The position numbers and the translations under genes are program-made. The notes beneath the pieces were generated by a model. The model was not told where the DNA came from and did not search any database. It saw only the letters and a program-made list of their open reading frames with translations. 64,000 nt of DNA from an uncultured Desulfurococcales archaeon (GTDB taxonomy: Archaea; Thermoproteota; Thermoprotei_A; Sulfolobales; Acidilobaceae). The stretch lies in the NCBI GenBank assembly GCA_964451715.1, contig CAYVIZ010000001.1, forward strand, positions 3,830-67,829. Reading direction: 5' to 3'. Positions 1-8,294 of this stretch are shown in pieces. The stretch's first letter is position 1, and each line of letters begins with the position of its first letter.

Positions 1-705
1 TGCTACCTCTATTAGCCCTCCTAGGATTCCCCCCTCTGTCGGATCGTGCATCGAGTTGACTAGTCGTTCCCTGGCTAGCAGTAGTGCAGGCTGAACTACG
101 CTTATCTCTTCTATGAAGCGCTCGGCGCGATATATTAAGTTTTCCTCCACGCCTTTGAGAATGAGCTTATCCTTGAAGTCATGTGCTATTATTGCTGTAC
201 CCTCTAAGGCGGCTGGCTTCACCTGAAATACTACGTCTCCAGGCCTAGCGTTGCGGGTGGGCGTATAGGAGTCTATATAAGCTAGGCCTATAGCTGTGAC
301 TATAACTATGGGCTTAGTGATTCCAGGGGAAACCTCTGTATGGCCTCCTACTATAGATGCCCCTATTCTACCAGCAGCTTCTCCAGCTTCCTTCAAAATA
401 GATTCCAGTCTCTCTAGAGAAGAGCCTGGGGGAAGTAGTATGGTCATCAAAAGCCATGAAGGCTCTGCGCCGGATACAGCTATATCGTTAGCGGCAACAT
501 TGACCGCTAGCCATCCCAAGTTAGAATAAGCCTCGGTAACCGGGTCAGTGTGAGCCACGATAACGTATTCAGTGTCTCCTACTCTTATTATGGCAGCGTC
601 CTCTCCTATGGAAGGACCGATAATAACATCATCCCTCTCAGCTCCCAAGTTTCTGGATACTATCTCGTTGAGTAGATCGAAATCAATTTTACCTATACCC
701 AACAT
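1..705 (-). CDS. AIR synthase-related protein (PurM/ThiL/HypE superfamily). The N-terminal part is present and the C-terminus runs off the window.
   Basis: Not in the ORF track because it runs off the edge. Manual minus-strand translation from ATG (703-705) gives MLGIGKIDFDLLNEIVSRNLGAERDDVIIGPSIGEDAAIIRVGD...NDIAVSGAEP...VGGHTEV...DPTEGG. The frame stays open to base 1. Confidence 0.6.
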   Translation of the reverse strand, partial: MLGIGKIDFDLLNEIVSRNLGAERDDVIIGPSIGEDAAIIRVGDTEYVIVAHTDPVTEAYSNLGWLAVNVAANDIAVSGAEPSWLLMTILLPPGSSLERLESILKEAGEAAGRIGASIVGGHTEVSPGITKPIVIVTAIGLAYIDSYTPTRNARPGDVVFQVKPAALEGTAIIAHDFKDKLILKGVEENLIYRAERFIEEISVVQPALLLARERLVNSMHDPTEGGILGGLIEVA

Positions 706-783
706 TAAAGATCGTCCCCGTTGATACTTTAGGAATAATCCCGTTCTAGTTAAAAACTTCCAAATACCCATGAAGGCAATTAG

Positions 784-1659
784 GTGTATCTCATGGGCAA
801 ATGGCATTGCAGATACACTGATCCCCACCTTCACCCCAACCCTCTAAAAGGCTTAGGCGGGTCTAGAATAGCAGATGAGATGGCAAAGAGAAACGCGTGG
901 CTTGTAGGTTTTCTATCACTTCCACCTTGGGATTACGGTTTGACCCCTACATTAGAGAATTACGAGAAAATAATGAATTTAATCTACAGGGAATGCTCCA
1001 ACGCTAGGGACAAAGGGTTAAATGTGCTCTGCTTCTCAGGTTTCCACCCGGCCGAGGTTGACAAACTCATAGACAGGTACTCGTTTAAACCTCTCGAAGT
1101 CCTAGAACTCGCCTATAAGGTTCTGGGACTGATAAAAGAGAAGTGTAGGAGAGGAGAATTAGATGGCATAGGAGAAGTAGGGCACCAGCACTACAAGACA
1201 TTCCCTGATAGAGTCCTCATATCCCATTATATAATGGAGAAAGCACTGGAGATAGCTTTAGACGAGGACTGCCCTATACAGCTGCACCTCGAAAACAATG
1301 AGCATTCCACTGTGGAAATAGTAGATGATACCGTGAAAAGGCTTGGAGGCCATCCATCAAGACGTATAGTGTTTCATCACAGTAAACCATCGATGGCCGA
1401 GAAGGCTTTCGGTAGAGGCTATTCGGCCACAGTTCCTGGAAGTAATAGGAGACTGTTGGAGCACGTGTTCTCCAAGCTAGATCCTGTTTACATGGTGGAA
1501 AGCGACTATGTTGACGGGCCGCAAAAATACGCGCGTAACCATCCGTGGACTATAATTGAGACTGTGAATAACATGATAGAGGAAGGAATAGTGTCCGAGG
1601 AGTACGTATGCAAGATAAACGAGGACCTACCCTCTAAGGCTTTCAACGTTACTCCTTAA
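784..1659 (+). CDS. TatD-family metal-dependent hydrolase
   Basis: Amidohydrolase/TatD motif series: DPHLHP, GIGEVGHQH, IQLHLEN, VFHHS, ESDYVD. The start is GTG 784, or alternatively ATG 793. Confidence 0.6.
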   Translation: MYLMGKWHCRYTDPHLHPNPLKGLGGSRIADEMAKRNAWLVGFLSLPPWDYGLTPTLENYEKIMNLIYRECSNARDKGLNVLCFSGFHPAEVDKLIDRYSFKPLEVLELAYKVLGLIKEKCRRGELDGIGEVGHQHYKTFPDRVLISHYIMEKALEIALDEDCPIQLHLENNEHSTVEIVDDTVKRLGGHPSRRIVFHHSKPSMAEKAFGRGYSATVPGSNRRLLEHVFSKLDPVYMVESDYVDGPQKYARNHPWTIIETVNNMIEEGIVSEEYVCKINEDLPSKAFNVTP

Positions 1660-3036
1660 TCACGTGGTCTTGTAATAGATGACCTTCAACGCCTCTTTCT
1701 CACTGAGTTTATAAGCCCGCATATAGTAGTCGGATGCCATTCTAAGACTGTCATTATGTCCTCCGATCATGACGGATACTAGTTTTAGATTAGACTTGGA
1801 GAGAACGCTTCTTATGCTAGAGGGGTTTATCCTGTCCTCCCCGTCTGTTATTAAGACTATGTCTCCCGGCTTCATTCTTTTATTTCTCGTCTCAACCACG
1901 TCTTGAGCCGCCCTTCTTACAGCCCGGGATATGTCTGTCCCACCTTGAGGCTTCACTCTCACTATGTAGTCTATCAGCTTAACTATCTCCCTCCCCTTAG
2001 CCCTAGGACTAACCCTATATAGGGGATAAGGGACACTGTCGAAGAATCTGACCATGAACCATCTACTCTCTGACACGGCTCTCTTGAATAGTGCTAGAGC
2101 AACCGTTTTAGCCCACACCATTTTCCTACCCGTCATGCTGCCGCTTTTATCGAGTAAAACATAGACTGGCCCCTGTCTAGCAGGGAGTCCTTTCTCATAG
2201 AGTAGGAGGTCCTGATTGGCGAAATGCGCTAGGAACAGGATCTCGGGTAGTGCGAGCTGGGAGATATGTAGTCTCTCTAGATCTGTGCCCGTCTCCAGCC
2301 CGATTACCTCTCCCCTGGACGAGGATTCGATTATGCGTGAGAACCTTACCTTGCCTATGTCAAACCCCGATAAATTATCTAGCAGGAGGCGTACATCTGT
2401 TTTCTCAGCCATTTTCACAATATCGTAAATAGAATCTTCCAGAGTCATGACCGATGAGCTTCCCGAGGCAAAGCTTTTAACAAGAGAAGATACCTCCTTA
2501 GCTGTTTTTATGGGTTCAACCGACTTCTTAATAGATTCCTCGACAGCCTTCTTAAGCTTCTTCTCGTCTACCACGTTGGAGTTGCCTCCTTCATCTATAT
2601 TTATCATAGAAGACTGGGCGCCTTCCTGGAATCTGTTTCCCTTTCCTGGGAAACCGCTCTGCTTCTGTAGTTCAACTATAAGGTTGTGGAGGAATATGGA
2701 TGCGGCAACAGTAGAGGCTACAGGGTCTGCTATGGTATTCATTCTGGCCTTATGGAAGGCTTCGGAGTTGATTAGTGTTGATAGTATGATATATCTATGA
2801 TAGACATCCCCCTTGTCGAGGTCTATTCCATGCTTGAAAAGCGGGTAAGGAATGAAGAATGCGTGATATACTTCTATAGCTAGCTCTGTCGAGGTTTTTA
2901 ATCCACGCGTCGATGCACGATTTCCGAGTTTTTGAATTACACGGATTATCCTCTGCCCCCTGTACCTCTTCAACGGATCAGTTAAATCTAGCCCTAAGAA
3001 GAGGCTTTCAACCTGCTTCTTACCGCTATGCTCCAT
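1660..3036 (-). CDS. von Willebrand factor A (vWA) domain protein, ViaA/CoxE-like partner of the MoxR ATPase
   Basis: C-terminal vWA domain with MIDAS motif VLLDKSGSM and a downstream LITDGED. An N-terminal helical region of about 250 aa has no motif I recognise. It lies 3 nt downstream of the MoxR gene. Confidence 0.75.
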   Translation of the reverse strand: MEHSGKKQVESLFLGLDLTDPLKRYRGQRIIRVIQKLGNRASTRGLKTSTELAIEVYHAFFIPYPLFKHGIDLDKGDVYHRYIILSTLINSEAFHKARMNTIADPVASTVAASIFLHNLIVELQKQSGFPGKGNRFQEGAQSSMINIDEGGNSNVVDEKKLKKAVEESIKKSVEPIKTAKEVSSLVKSFASGSSSVMTLEDSIYDIVKMAEKTDVRLLLDNLSGFDIGKVRFSRIIESSSRGEVIGLETGTDLERLHISQLALPEILFLAHFANQDLLLYEKGLPARQGPVYVLLDKSGSMTGRKMVWAKTVALALFKRAVSESRWFMVRFFDSVPYPLYRVSPRAKGREIVKLIDYIVRVKPQGGTDISRAVRRAAQDVVETRNKRMKPGDIVLITDGEDRINPSSIRSVLSKSNLKLVSVMIGGHNDSLRMASDYYMRAYKLSEKEALKVIYYKTT

Positions 3037-3039
3037 GGC

Positions 3040-4206
3040 CTACATACCCAGTTTATTGGTTACATCGTCTAAGAGGTCATCTATCCTGTTAACCAGCTGT
3101 TCTACCTTCCTAGAAACCTCTGAGTCGTCACTCGTCCTCGATATCATGGCAATCCTCCTGCGGGCGGCTTTGAGGCTACGGTATATTTCTACTAGTTTGG
3201 GGTCGAAACTCTTTAGCTTCTCTACTTCCCTAGATATATTTTCTATGTTATGCTCTATCTCACTAAGCTCCTCCAGTACCTTGCTAGGCGTTCTAAGCTC
3301 TTCAAGAAGAATATTGTTTATCTTCTCAAAATCCTCTACATCCCGGGGCGCTATGTATTTAAGAACGAAAAGATCTTCTACCCGAGCCTTGAGTCTTCCA
3401 TCGAAAACGGAGTGGGCCGCAATTGCCTTCAACGCTTTACCTTTACGTCTATCCGTCAGGTGGAGACCGTTGTCCTCTAATATAGCGAAAAGTCTTAGCA
3501 AGGATTGCTTTATAGGGGATAGATCTACGGAGAAAACTAGTTTCCTAAGCTCTTGTAGGTCACTGGAGCTCATCACCGGTTTTACCTCGCTATACTCACC
3601 CTTCTCTATACGCCATGATTTATCCAGCAGCTGAGCCCATAGTTCTTCGGGTACAGGCCTTACTAAGTGTCTATAGAGTAGCCTATCATACAAAGCATCG
3701 AGCTCGGGCTCGTCTGGTACTCTATTACTCGCGGCTATGATAGAGTGAAGGGGTACCTTCATCTCACTGTATCCATCGTATAACACTCTCTCTTGGAGAA
3801 TACTCAAGAGACTGTTCAGTATTGCACTGTTTGCATTGAATATCTCGTCTAGGAACGCTATCTCAGCATTAGGGAGCTTGTTATCGGTTATACGCCTGTA
3901 TACTCCTTTCCTTAAAGCGTTAATATCGAGGGGCCCAAAAAGCTCGGCGGGCTCGGTGAACCTCGTCAGTAGATACTTGAAGAACCTTATATTCAGGAGC
4001 TCGGCTGCTCTTCTCGCTAAAGCGCTTTTAGCAGTGCCGGGTTCTCCTATTATTACTGCATGCTCTCCCGATAGTAGGGATAATGTCAGTATCAGGGCTT
4101 CCTCGTCTCTTCCTACGAATGGCCTGCTAAGCTCCTCGTAAAACAGCCTAGGCTTACGGAGTAATTCAGTGTCAACACTTGTCTTGTCCAATATTTCTAC
4201 ACCCAC
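3040..4206 (-). CDS. MoxR-family AAA+ ATPase
   Basis: Walker A GEPGTAKS, Walker B IAFLDEIFNAN, and AAA_3/AAA_5-like core sequence. GTG start. The C-terminal tail of about 90 aa looks coiled-coil. Confidence 0.8.
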   Translation of the reverse strand: MGVEILDKTSVDTELLRKPRLFYEELSRPFVGRDEEALILTLSLLSGEHAVIIGEPGTAKSALARRAAELLNIRFFKYLLTRFTEPAELFGPLDINALRKGVYRRITDNKLPNAEIAFLDEIFNANSAILNSLLSILQERVLYDGYSEMKVPLHSIIAASNRVPDEPELDALYDRLLYRHLVRPVPEELWAQLLDKSWRIEKGEYSEVKPVMSSSDLQELRKLVFSVDLSPIKQSLLRLFAILEDNGLHLTDRRKGKALKAIAAHSVFDGRLKARVEDLFVLKYIAPRDVEDFEKINNILLEELRTPSKVLEELSEIEHNIENISREVEKLKSFDPKLVEIYRSLKAARRRIAMISRTSDDSEVSRKVEQLVNRIDDLLDDVTNKLGM

Positions 4207-4266
4207 TCCCTACAAGTCAGGCTAATAATTCTGTAACCTAAAAACTTTACAGGCAGGGGGTCCTAT

Positions 4267-4650
4267 ATGAGTGATAAGGAGCTTCTATCCATAGCACGTA
4301 AACTCATTAAGAACTCTTATGCACCTTATTCGGGATTCAAAGTAGCCTCAATAGTGATCACCAGCGACGGGAATAAGTACTTCGGTGTAAACGTGGAGAA
4401 CTCCAGTTACGGACTATCAATGTGTGCTGAACGCGTCGCAGTATTTAACGCGGTAACCCATGGTAGTAGGAGTATAGAGGAGGTCCATATATTCACTGAG
4501 ACCAGTGAACCTGTACCTCCGTGTGGTGCTTGTAGACAGGTAATAGCGGAATTTAACCCGCATGCAAAAATAGTGTCTTATAGCCTGAAGACGGGGATGA
4601 AGAAGGAGTGGATCCTATCAGAGCTTCTCCCTGACGCCTTCACACTATAA
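4267..4650 (+). CDS. cdd: cytidine deaminase
   Basis: 127 aa with zinc-binding motifs CAERVA and PCGACRQ. Confidence 0.85.
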   Translation: MSDKELLSIARKLIKNSYAPYSGFKVASIVITSDGNKYFGVNVENSSYGLSMCAERVAVFNAVTHGSRSIEEVHIFTETSEPVPPCGACRQVIAEFNPHAKIVSYSLKTGMKKEWILSELLPDAFTL

Positions 4651-4679
4651 GTATACCAGTATAAAGACTTTAAGATGCT

Positions 4680-7040
4680 TTACATCTTTCCTTGGTCTCT
4701 TAGAATAGCCTCCATAATGGTCTTCATTCCAGGCGATAATTTCTCTAGTTTATCCTTAGCTTTCCTTCCGTGTATCACCGTGTCTCGCAGAAATTCGTAT
4801 ATCACATACTCGTCTCCCATGCTTTCCTCTTCTATAGTCCTCTTGTTATCCTCTAAAACCCTAGCTACCTCTTCATAGTCTCCTCTTCTGTATTCAAGTA
4901 GTGCACGTGCTATCACCAAAGAACTCCTCAACTTCACTATGCCCGGGTTAGATAGGTACCCCTTAACTACTGCCTCGGCTTCAAGGTAACTTCCCATCCC
5001 AATTAGAGACCACACGTGGACGCCTGAAAGGTTATCAATCATTATATTCTTAAAGTCTTCCTCGAAAAGATCAAGGTTTTCCATAATCTCCCTGACATTC
5101 TCTAGTGCTTCCCTGAACTCCCCCTTATAGACCTGTATAACAGCGACGTGAACATTAGCTACAAGATAGTTGCGTATATCGCCGCGTTCAAGCTCTATTT
5201 CAGCCTCCCTTAGAGCAGCCTCTAAGGCTTTTTCTAGGTCCCCCTCGATGTAATACCTAAGAGTCTCTGTAGCCATTATTGTGCTTTCCACATGCTTAGC
5301 GAGCCTCTTGGGGACAAGCTTGTACACCCTCTTAGCCTCATTAAGCCATTCTATACCCTGTATGATCTTACCCGTCTTCATAAGGAACGAAGAATAGAGT
5401 GCACATATCCTAGAGTAGAGTATGGGGTTAGGCTTTAATGCCGGGAGATGTTTCCCGATAATGCCTATAGCGCTTCTTAGGTCATTCTCTATACTGGCCT
5501 TTTTAATTAATGCATATTCAACGTTTATAACCGCTCTATCAAACACGTTTTGAGATCTGCATAGGCGGAGCTTCTCTAGTACATTACTGTAACTGTCTAT
5601 GCAGCAAGTCATCCACCCATAGCCTTTCTCGAGTCTATCGGATATAATCCTGCTAGCCAAACCTGTCTGGCATTCCTCCGCGAGAAGGTTAAGCCCTATA
5701 AGCCTTGACTTGTAATCCTCGTGAGAAGATAAGACCTCTGCGACGCGTAAGATTATAGCCTTCCTTGCCTCCTCAGACACGGCTTCACGAGCTTTGTAAA
5801 GGAACTCTCGCGCCTTTATATATGGGCCGTCCTTAGTAACTAGTCCTAGATTGTAGAGACTATCTATTATGAGTCTGCACGCCTTTTTCTGAACAGATAA
5901 TGTTCTACATAAAACGTCCTCGGGAAGGAGTCCTCCGACCACTATTAAAGTTTTCACAGATAGCTCCTCATGCTCGTCAAGCATCTCCATAACTCTACCT
6001 TCGTAATAGGTTTTCACTACGGTTTTAACGGACTCTTCCACACGTGTACGGGATCTTGAAGCATACTCTATTGCCCCTTTTATGATAAGCGGAATTCCAC
6101 CACTGTTATTTACTATAATCTTATATGCCTGCCTCCCAAGCTTTAACCCTCTCTTTGACGCCTCATAGAGCGATAGCATGAAAGCAGACTCCATATCCAA
6201 TGGCGTTAACTCTATTTCTTTCACTAGACCGGTCCATAAGGGTATTCTAGGGTCCTTCTTTCTCGTTAGAATAAAAAGCCGGCCCGATTGTATCTTCTCT
6301 GCCATTTTTCTAACAAAATTCTTTGATTCGTCTGGCAACAGATGATAATCATCTATTACAATGAGAGCATTACTCCTGTTGATATAATCCACTATAACCT
6401 CTAGAGGCAGAGGCGATGATGACATCATTTTCTTTTCAATGAACTCTTGAATGAAAAGGGTAAGCTTCCAAGACAGTATGTGTCTGGAATCGCTATAGGA
6501 AGAATAATGCCAGTATACAGGGTTTTCCCTAGCATGTTTCTTTATATAATAAGCTACTAAGGCTGTCTTACCTATTCCGGGGGGGCCAGCCACTACTACA
6601 ACGGGGTAGCCTTCTCTTATTATTCTAAGTTGCTCCTCCCTTCCTATAACCTCGTCTACTGAAGGGATAACACTTCTAATAACCTGTGCAGATAAACCGC
6701 TCGGGCTTCCTTTAACATTGACTTCTATTCTCCCGTTCAGAAAAGTGAAGCTGAGCGAGCTAGCTTTCAACTCGTATACCTTTACATTGCGTCCTCCCAG
6801 TCTCTTCCATACTCCTTTCACGAGCCCGGCCTGCTCCATCTGTTTGAGCCTTCTAGATATATCAGTCTCATCTCTTCCTATAATGGAAGCTAGCTCCCTA
6901 TTGTATGAAGGCTTAAGTGAAAGCAGCCTTAGAATAGTTAAGTTGACATCATTGCTCAATATTTCGGCTACAGAATGTATGAGTTCTTTGTGTTTCCTTT
7001 TCTCGTCTTCAAACGTCTTACCCAATTCCCTGTCCTCCAC
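4680..7040 (-). CDS. HTH-NTPase-helical repeat protein (STAND / archaeal-ATPase-like putative regulator)
   Basis: N-terminal ArsR-like wHTH (LSLKPSYNRELASIIGRDETDISRRLKQMEQAGLV). Walker A GPPGIGKT and Walker B-like ALIVIDDYH. The C-terminal region of about 400 aa is all-helical and TPR-like. Confidence 0.6.
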   Translation of the reverse strand: MEDRELGKTFEDEKRKHKELIHSVAEILSNDVNLTILRLLSLKPSYNRELASIIGRDETDISRRLKQMEQAGLVKGVWKRLGGRNVKVYELKASSLSFTFLNGRIEVNVKGSPSGLSAQVIRSVIPSVDEVIGREEQLRIIREGYPVVVVAGPPGIGKTALVAYYIKKHARENPVYWHYSSYSDSRHILSWKLTLFIQEFIEKKMMSSSPLPLEVIVDYINRSNALIVIDDYHLLPDESKNFVRKMAEKIQSGRLFILTRKKDPRIPLWTGLVKEIELTPLDMESAFMLSLYEASKRGLKLGRQAYKIIVNNSGGIPLIIKGAIEYASRSRTRVEESVKTVVKTYYEGRVMEMLDEHEELSVKTLIVVGGLLPEDVLCRTLSVQKKACRLIIDSLYNLGLVTKDGPYIKAREFLYKAREAVSEEARKAIILRVAEVLSSHEDYKSRLIGLNLLAEECQTGLASRIISDRLEKGYGWMTCCIDSYSNVLEKLRLCRSQNVFDRAVINVEYALIKKASIENDLRSAIGIIGKHLPALKPNPILYSRICALYSSFLMKTGKIIQGIEWLNEAKRVYKLVPKRLAKHVESTIMATETLRYYIEGDLEKALEAALREAEIELERGDIRNYLVANVHVAVIQVYKGEFREALENVREIMENLDLFEEDFKNIMIDNLSGVHVWSLIGMGSYLEAEAVVKGYLSNPGIVKLRSSLVIARALLEYRRGDYEEVARVLEDNKRTIEEESMGDEYVIYEFLRDTVIHGRKAKDKLEKLSPGMKTIMEAILRDQGKM

Positions 7041-7086
7041 ACCATAATAATGGTTTTAGATAAAGTTAACCTAAATTAAGCTTAGT

Positions 7087-7323
7087 TCAATAGTTGCGAG
7101 CCAGAAGAGAGTTCAGCAAGCCTCTGCTTTTACGAGTTTTTCCAATAAGCCTGAAACCTAGTAGCAACACCCCTATAAACACTAGCGTTATACCTATATA
7201 CAAAGAATGACTCATCCCACGTAACCCTTCCCCGCTTATTACACTATACCCCGAGGACAACGCCACTATTAACAAGCCTGCCAATATTAACATGACACCT
7301 ATAAAAACAACGGTATCATACAA
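7087..7323 (-). CDS. small membrane protein (two hydrophobic helices), hypothetical
   Basis: 78-aa ORF with two long hydrophobic segments and a basic tail. No recognisable family. Confidence 0.35.
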   Translation of the reverse strand: MYDTVVFIGVMLILAGLLIVALSSGYSVISGEGLRGMSHSLYIGITLVFIGVLLLGFRLIGKTRKSRGLLNSLLARNY

Positions 7324-7462
7324 CGCTCAGATCACCCTAATCACTTTACCCTTCTCCGTAACCTCTTGAATAGATAAAAGTTGGGTTTGAATGAATCTCT
7401 CAAACCCTAAACAAGTATTTCTGGAGTAAAACACGGTGGAAATGGAGGCGGGGGCCCCGCTA

Positions 7463-7539
7463 TGGTAGCGGGGGGTGGATTTGAACCACCGACCTCGGGG
7501 TTATGAGCCCCGCGGGCTGCCAGGCTACCCTACCCCGCT
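7463..7539 (-). tRNA. tRNA-Met (CAT), initiator type
   Basis: Reverse complement reads AGCGGGGTAGGGTAGCCTGGCAGCCCGCGGGGCTCATAACCCCGAGGTCGGTGGTTCAAATCCACCCCCCGCTACCA. It forms a cloverleaf with an A1:U72 pair and three G:C pairs closing the anticodon loop, which are initiator hallmarks. CCA is encoded. Confidence 0.9.
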
Positions 7540-7829
7540 ATTTTACCCCGCCACATATTAGTTTCAGTACGTGAAGGCTTTTTATTTTTAAGGATTAGGA
7601 GCACGTTGCTTTCAACATTTAATACCATCCGCCTCGAAGTTAAACCTCTTCAAGAACTTGCACAGAGAAGACTTAGGGATGACGGCTTCGGGTCCTCCGG
7701 GGACCTTTACCCGTACAGTTTCCCCTCTATCCTCTATTGAGACTGTGACACGGCTGTATCCCAATGCCAGCACCTTATTACTAGATACTAGGAGACTATG
7801 TCTTTTGAAGGTTTCCCGTTTAGAAAAAT

Positions 7830-8150
7830 TTAGACTATGGATTCGGGGTTCATCCTAGATATGGCTGCGGGATTCTTTATTTTCGTGTAGTCTATTTCAC
7901 CTAGATACTTGGGCAACACGTATTTTGTTCCTGTAAGCTCTATTACCTTACCATTAACCTTTAATCTGTATAGCGTCCTTCTTAGTCTGTCCTCGCCTGC
8001 TATGCCGCTGAACATCTTTTTTAGTTCACGCCAAGATACAGGCTTTCTAGCCTTGTCTAGAGCTCTAAGTACCATTTTTTCTAGTTCATCATCCCTGGGT
8101 GCCTCTGTTACTATGACATCCACGTCTTCATATATTATTTCATTTATCAT
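7830..8150 (-). CDS. small putative winged-helix protein, hypothetical
   Basis: 106 aa. The segment VLRALDKARKPVSWRELKKMFSGIAGEDRLRRTLYRLKVNGKVIEL looks like a wHTH. It is divergent from iorA. Confidence 0.4.
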   Translation of the reverse strand: MINEIIYEDVDVIVTEAPRDDELEKMVLRALDKARKPVSWRELKKMFSGIAGEDRLRRTLYRLKVNGKVIELTGTKYVLPKYLGEIDYTKIKNPAAISRMNPESIV

Positions 8151-8294
8151 CGTTTTACACTGTATAATATCTATTATAGAAACAAATATATAAAGGTTAC
8201 TACATGATTTCCTGTTACATCCAATCCTTGGATTGAATCAGGGAAAACAATAATTATAATTAAGAGGGAAAGGACCTTCATGGTGCGCACATAG

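Noticed and set aside
3035-3634. Long antisense ORFs opposite real genes, for example 3035-3634, 8174-8686, 45529-45999 and 50071-50661, plus many ORFs of 60-120 aa.
   Set aside because: They lie entirely within well-supported genes on the other strand. Their composition is Ser/Leu/Pro-rich and low in complexity, and they have no motifs. They look like shadow ORFs produced by codon bias.
7441-7462. A GC palindrome (GCGGGGGCCCCGC) just 3' of tRNA-iMet as a separate element.
   Set aside because: It is most simply a trailer hairpin that partly repeats the acceptor-stem sequence, and there is too little evidence for an independent function.
7612-7773. An unlisted 53-aa GTG-initiated minus-strand ORF between tRNA-iMet and the wHTH gene. 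The listed plus-strand ORF at 7658-7858 is in the same region.
   Set aside because: Neither has a motif, an SD motif or a clear promoter, and both are too short to support from sequence alone. The plus-strand ORF looks like random composition.
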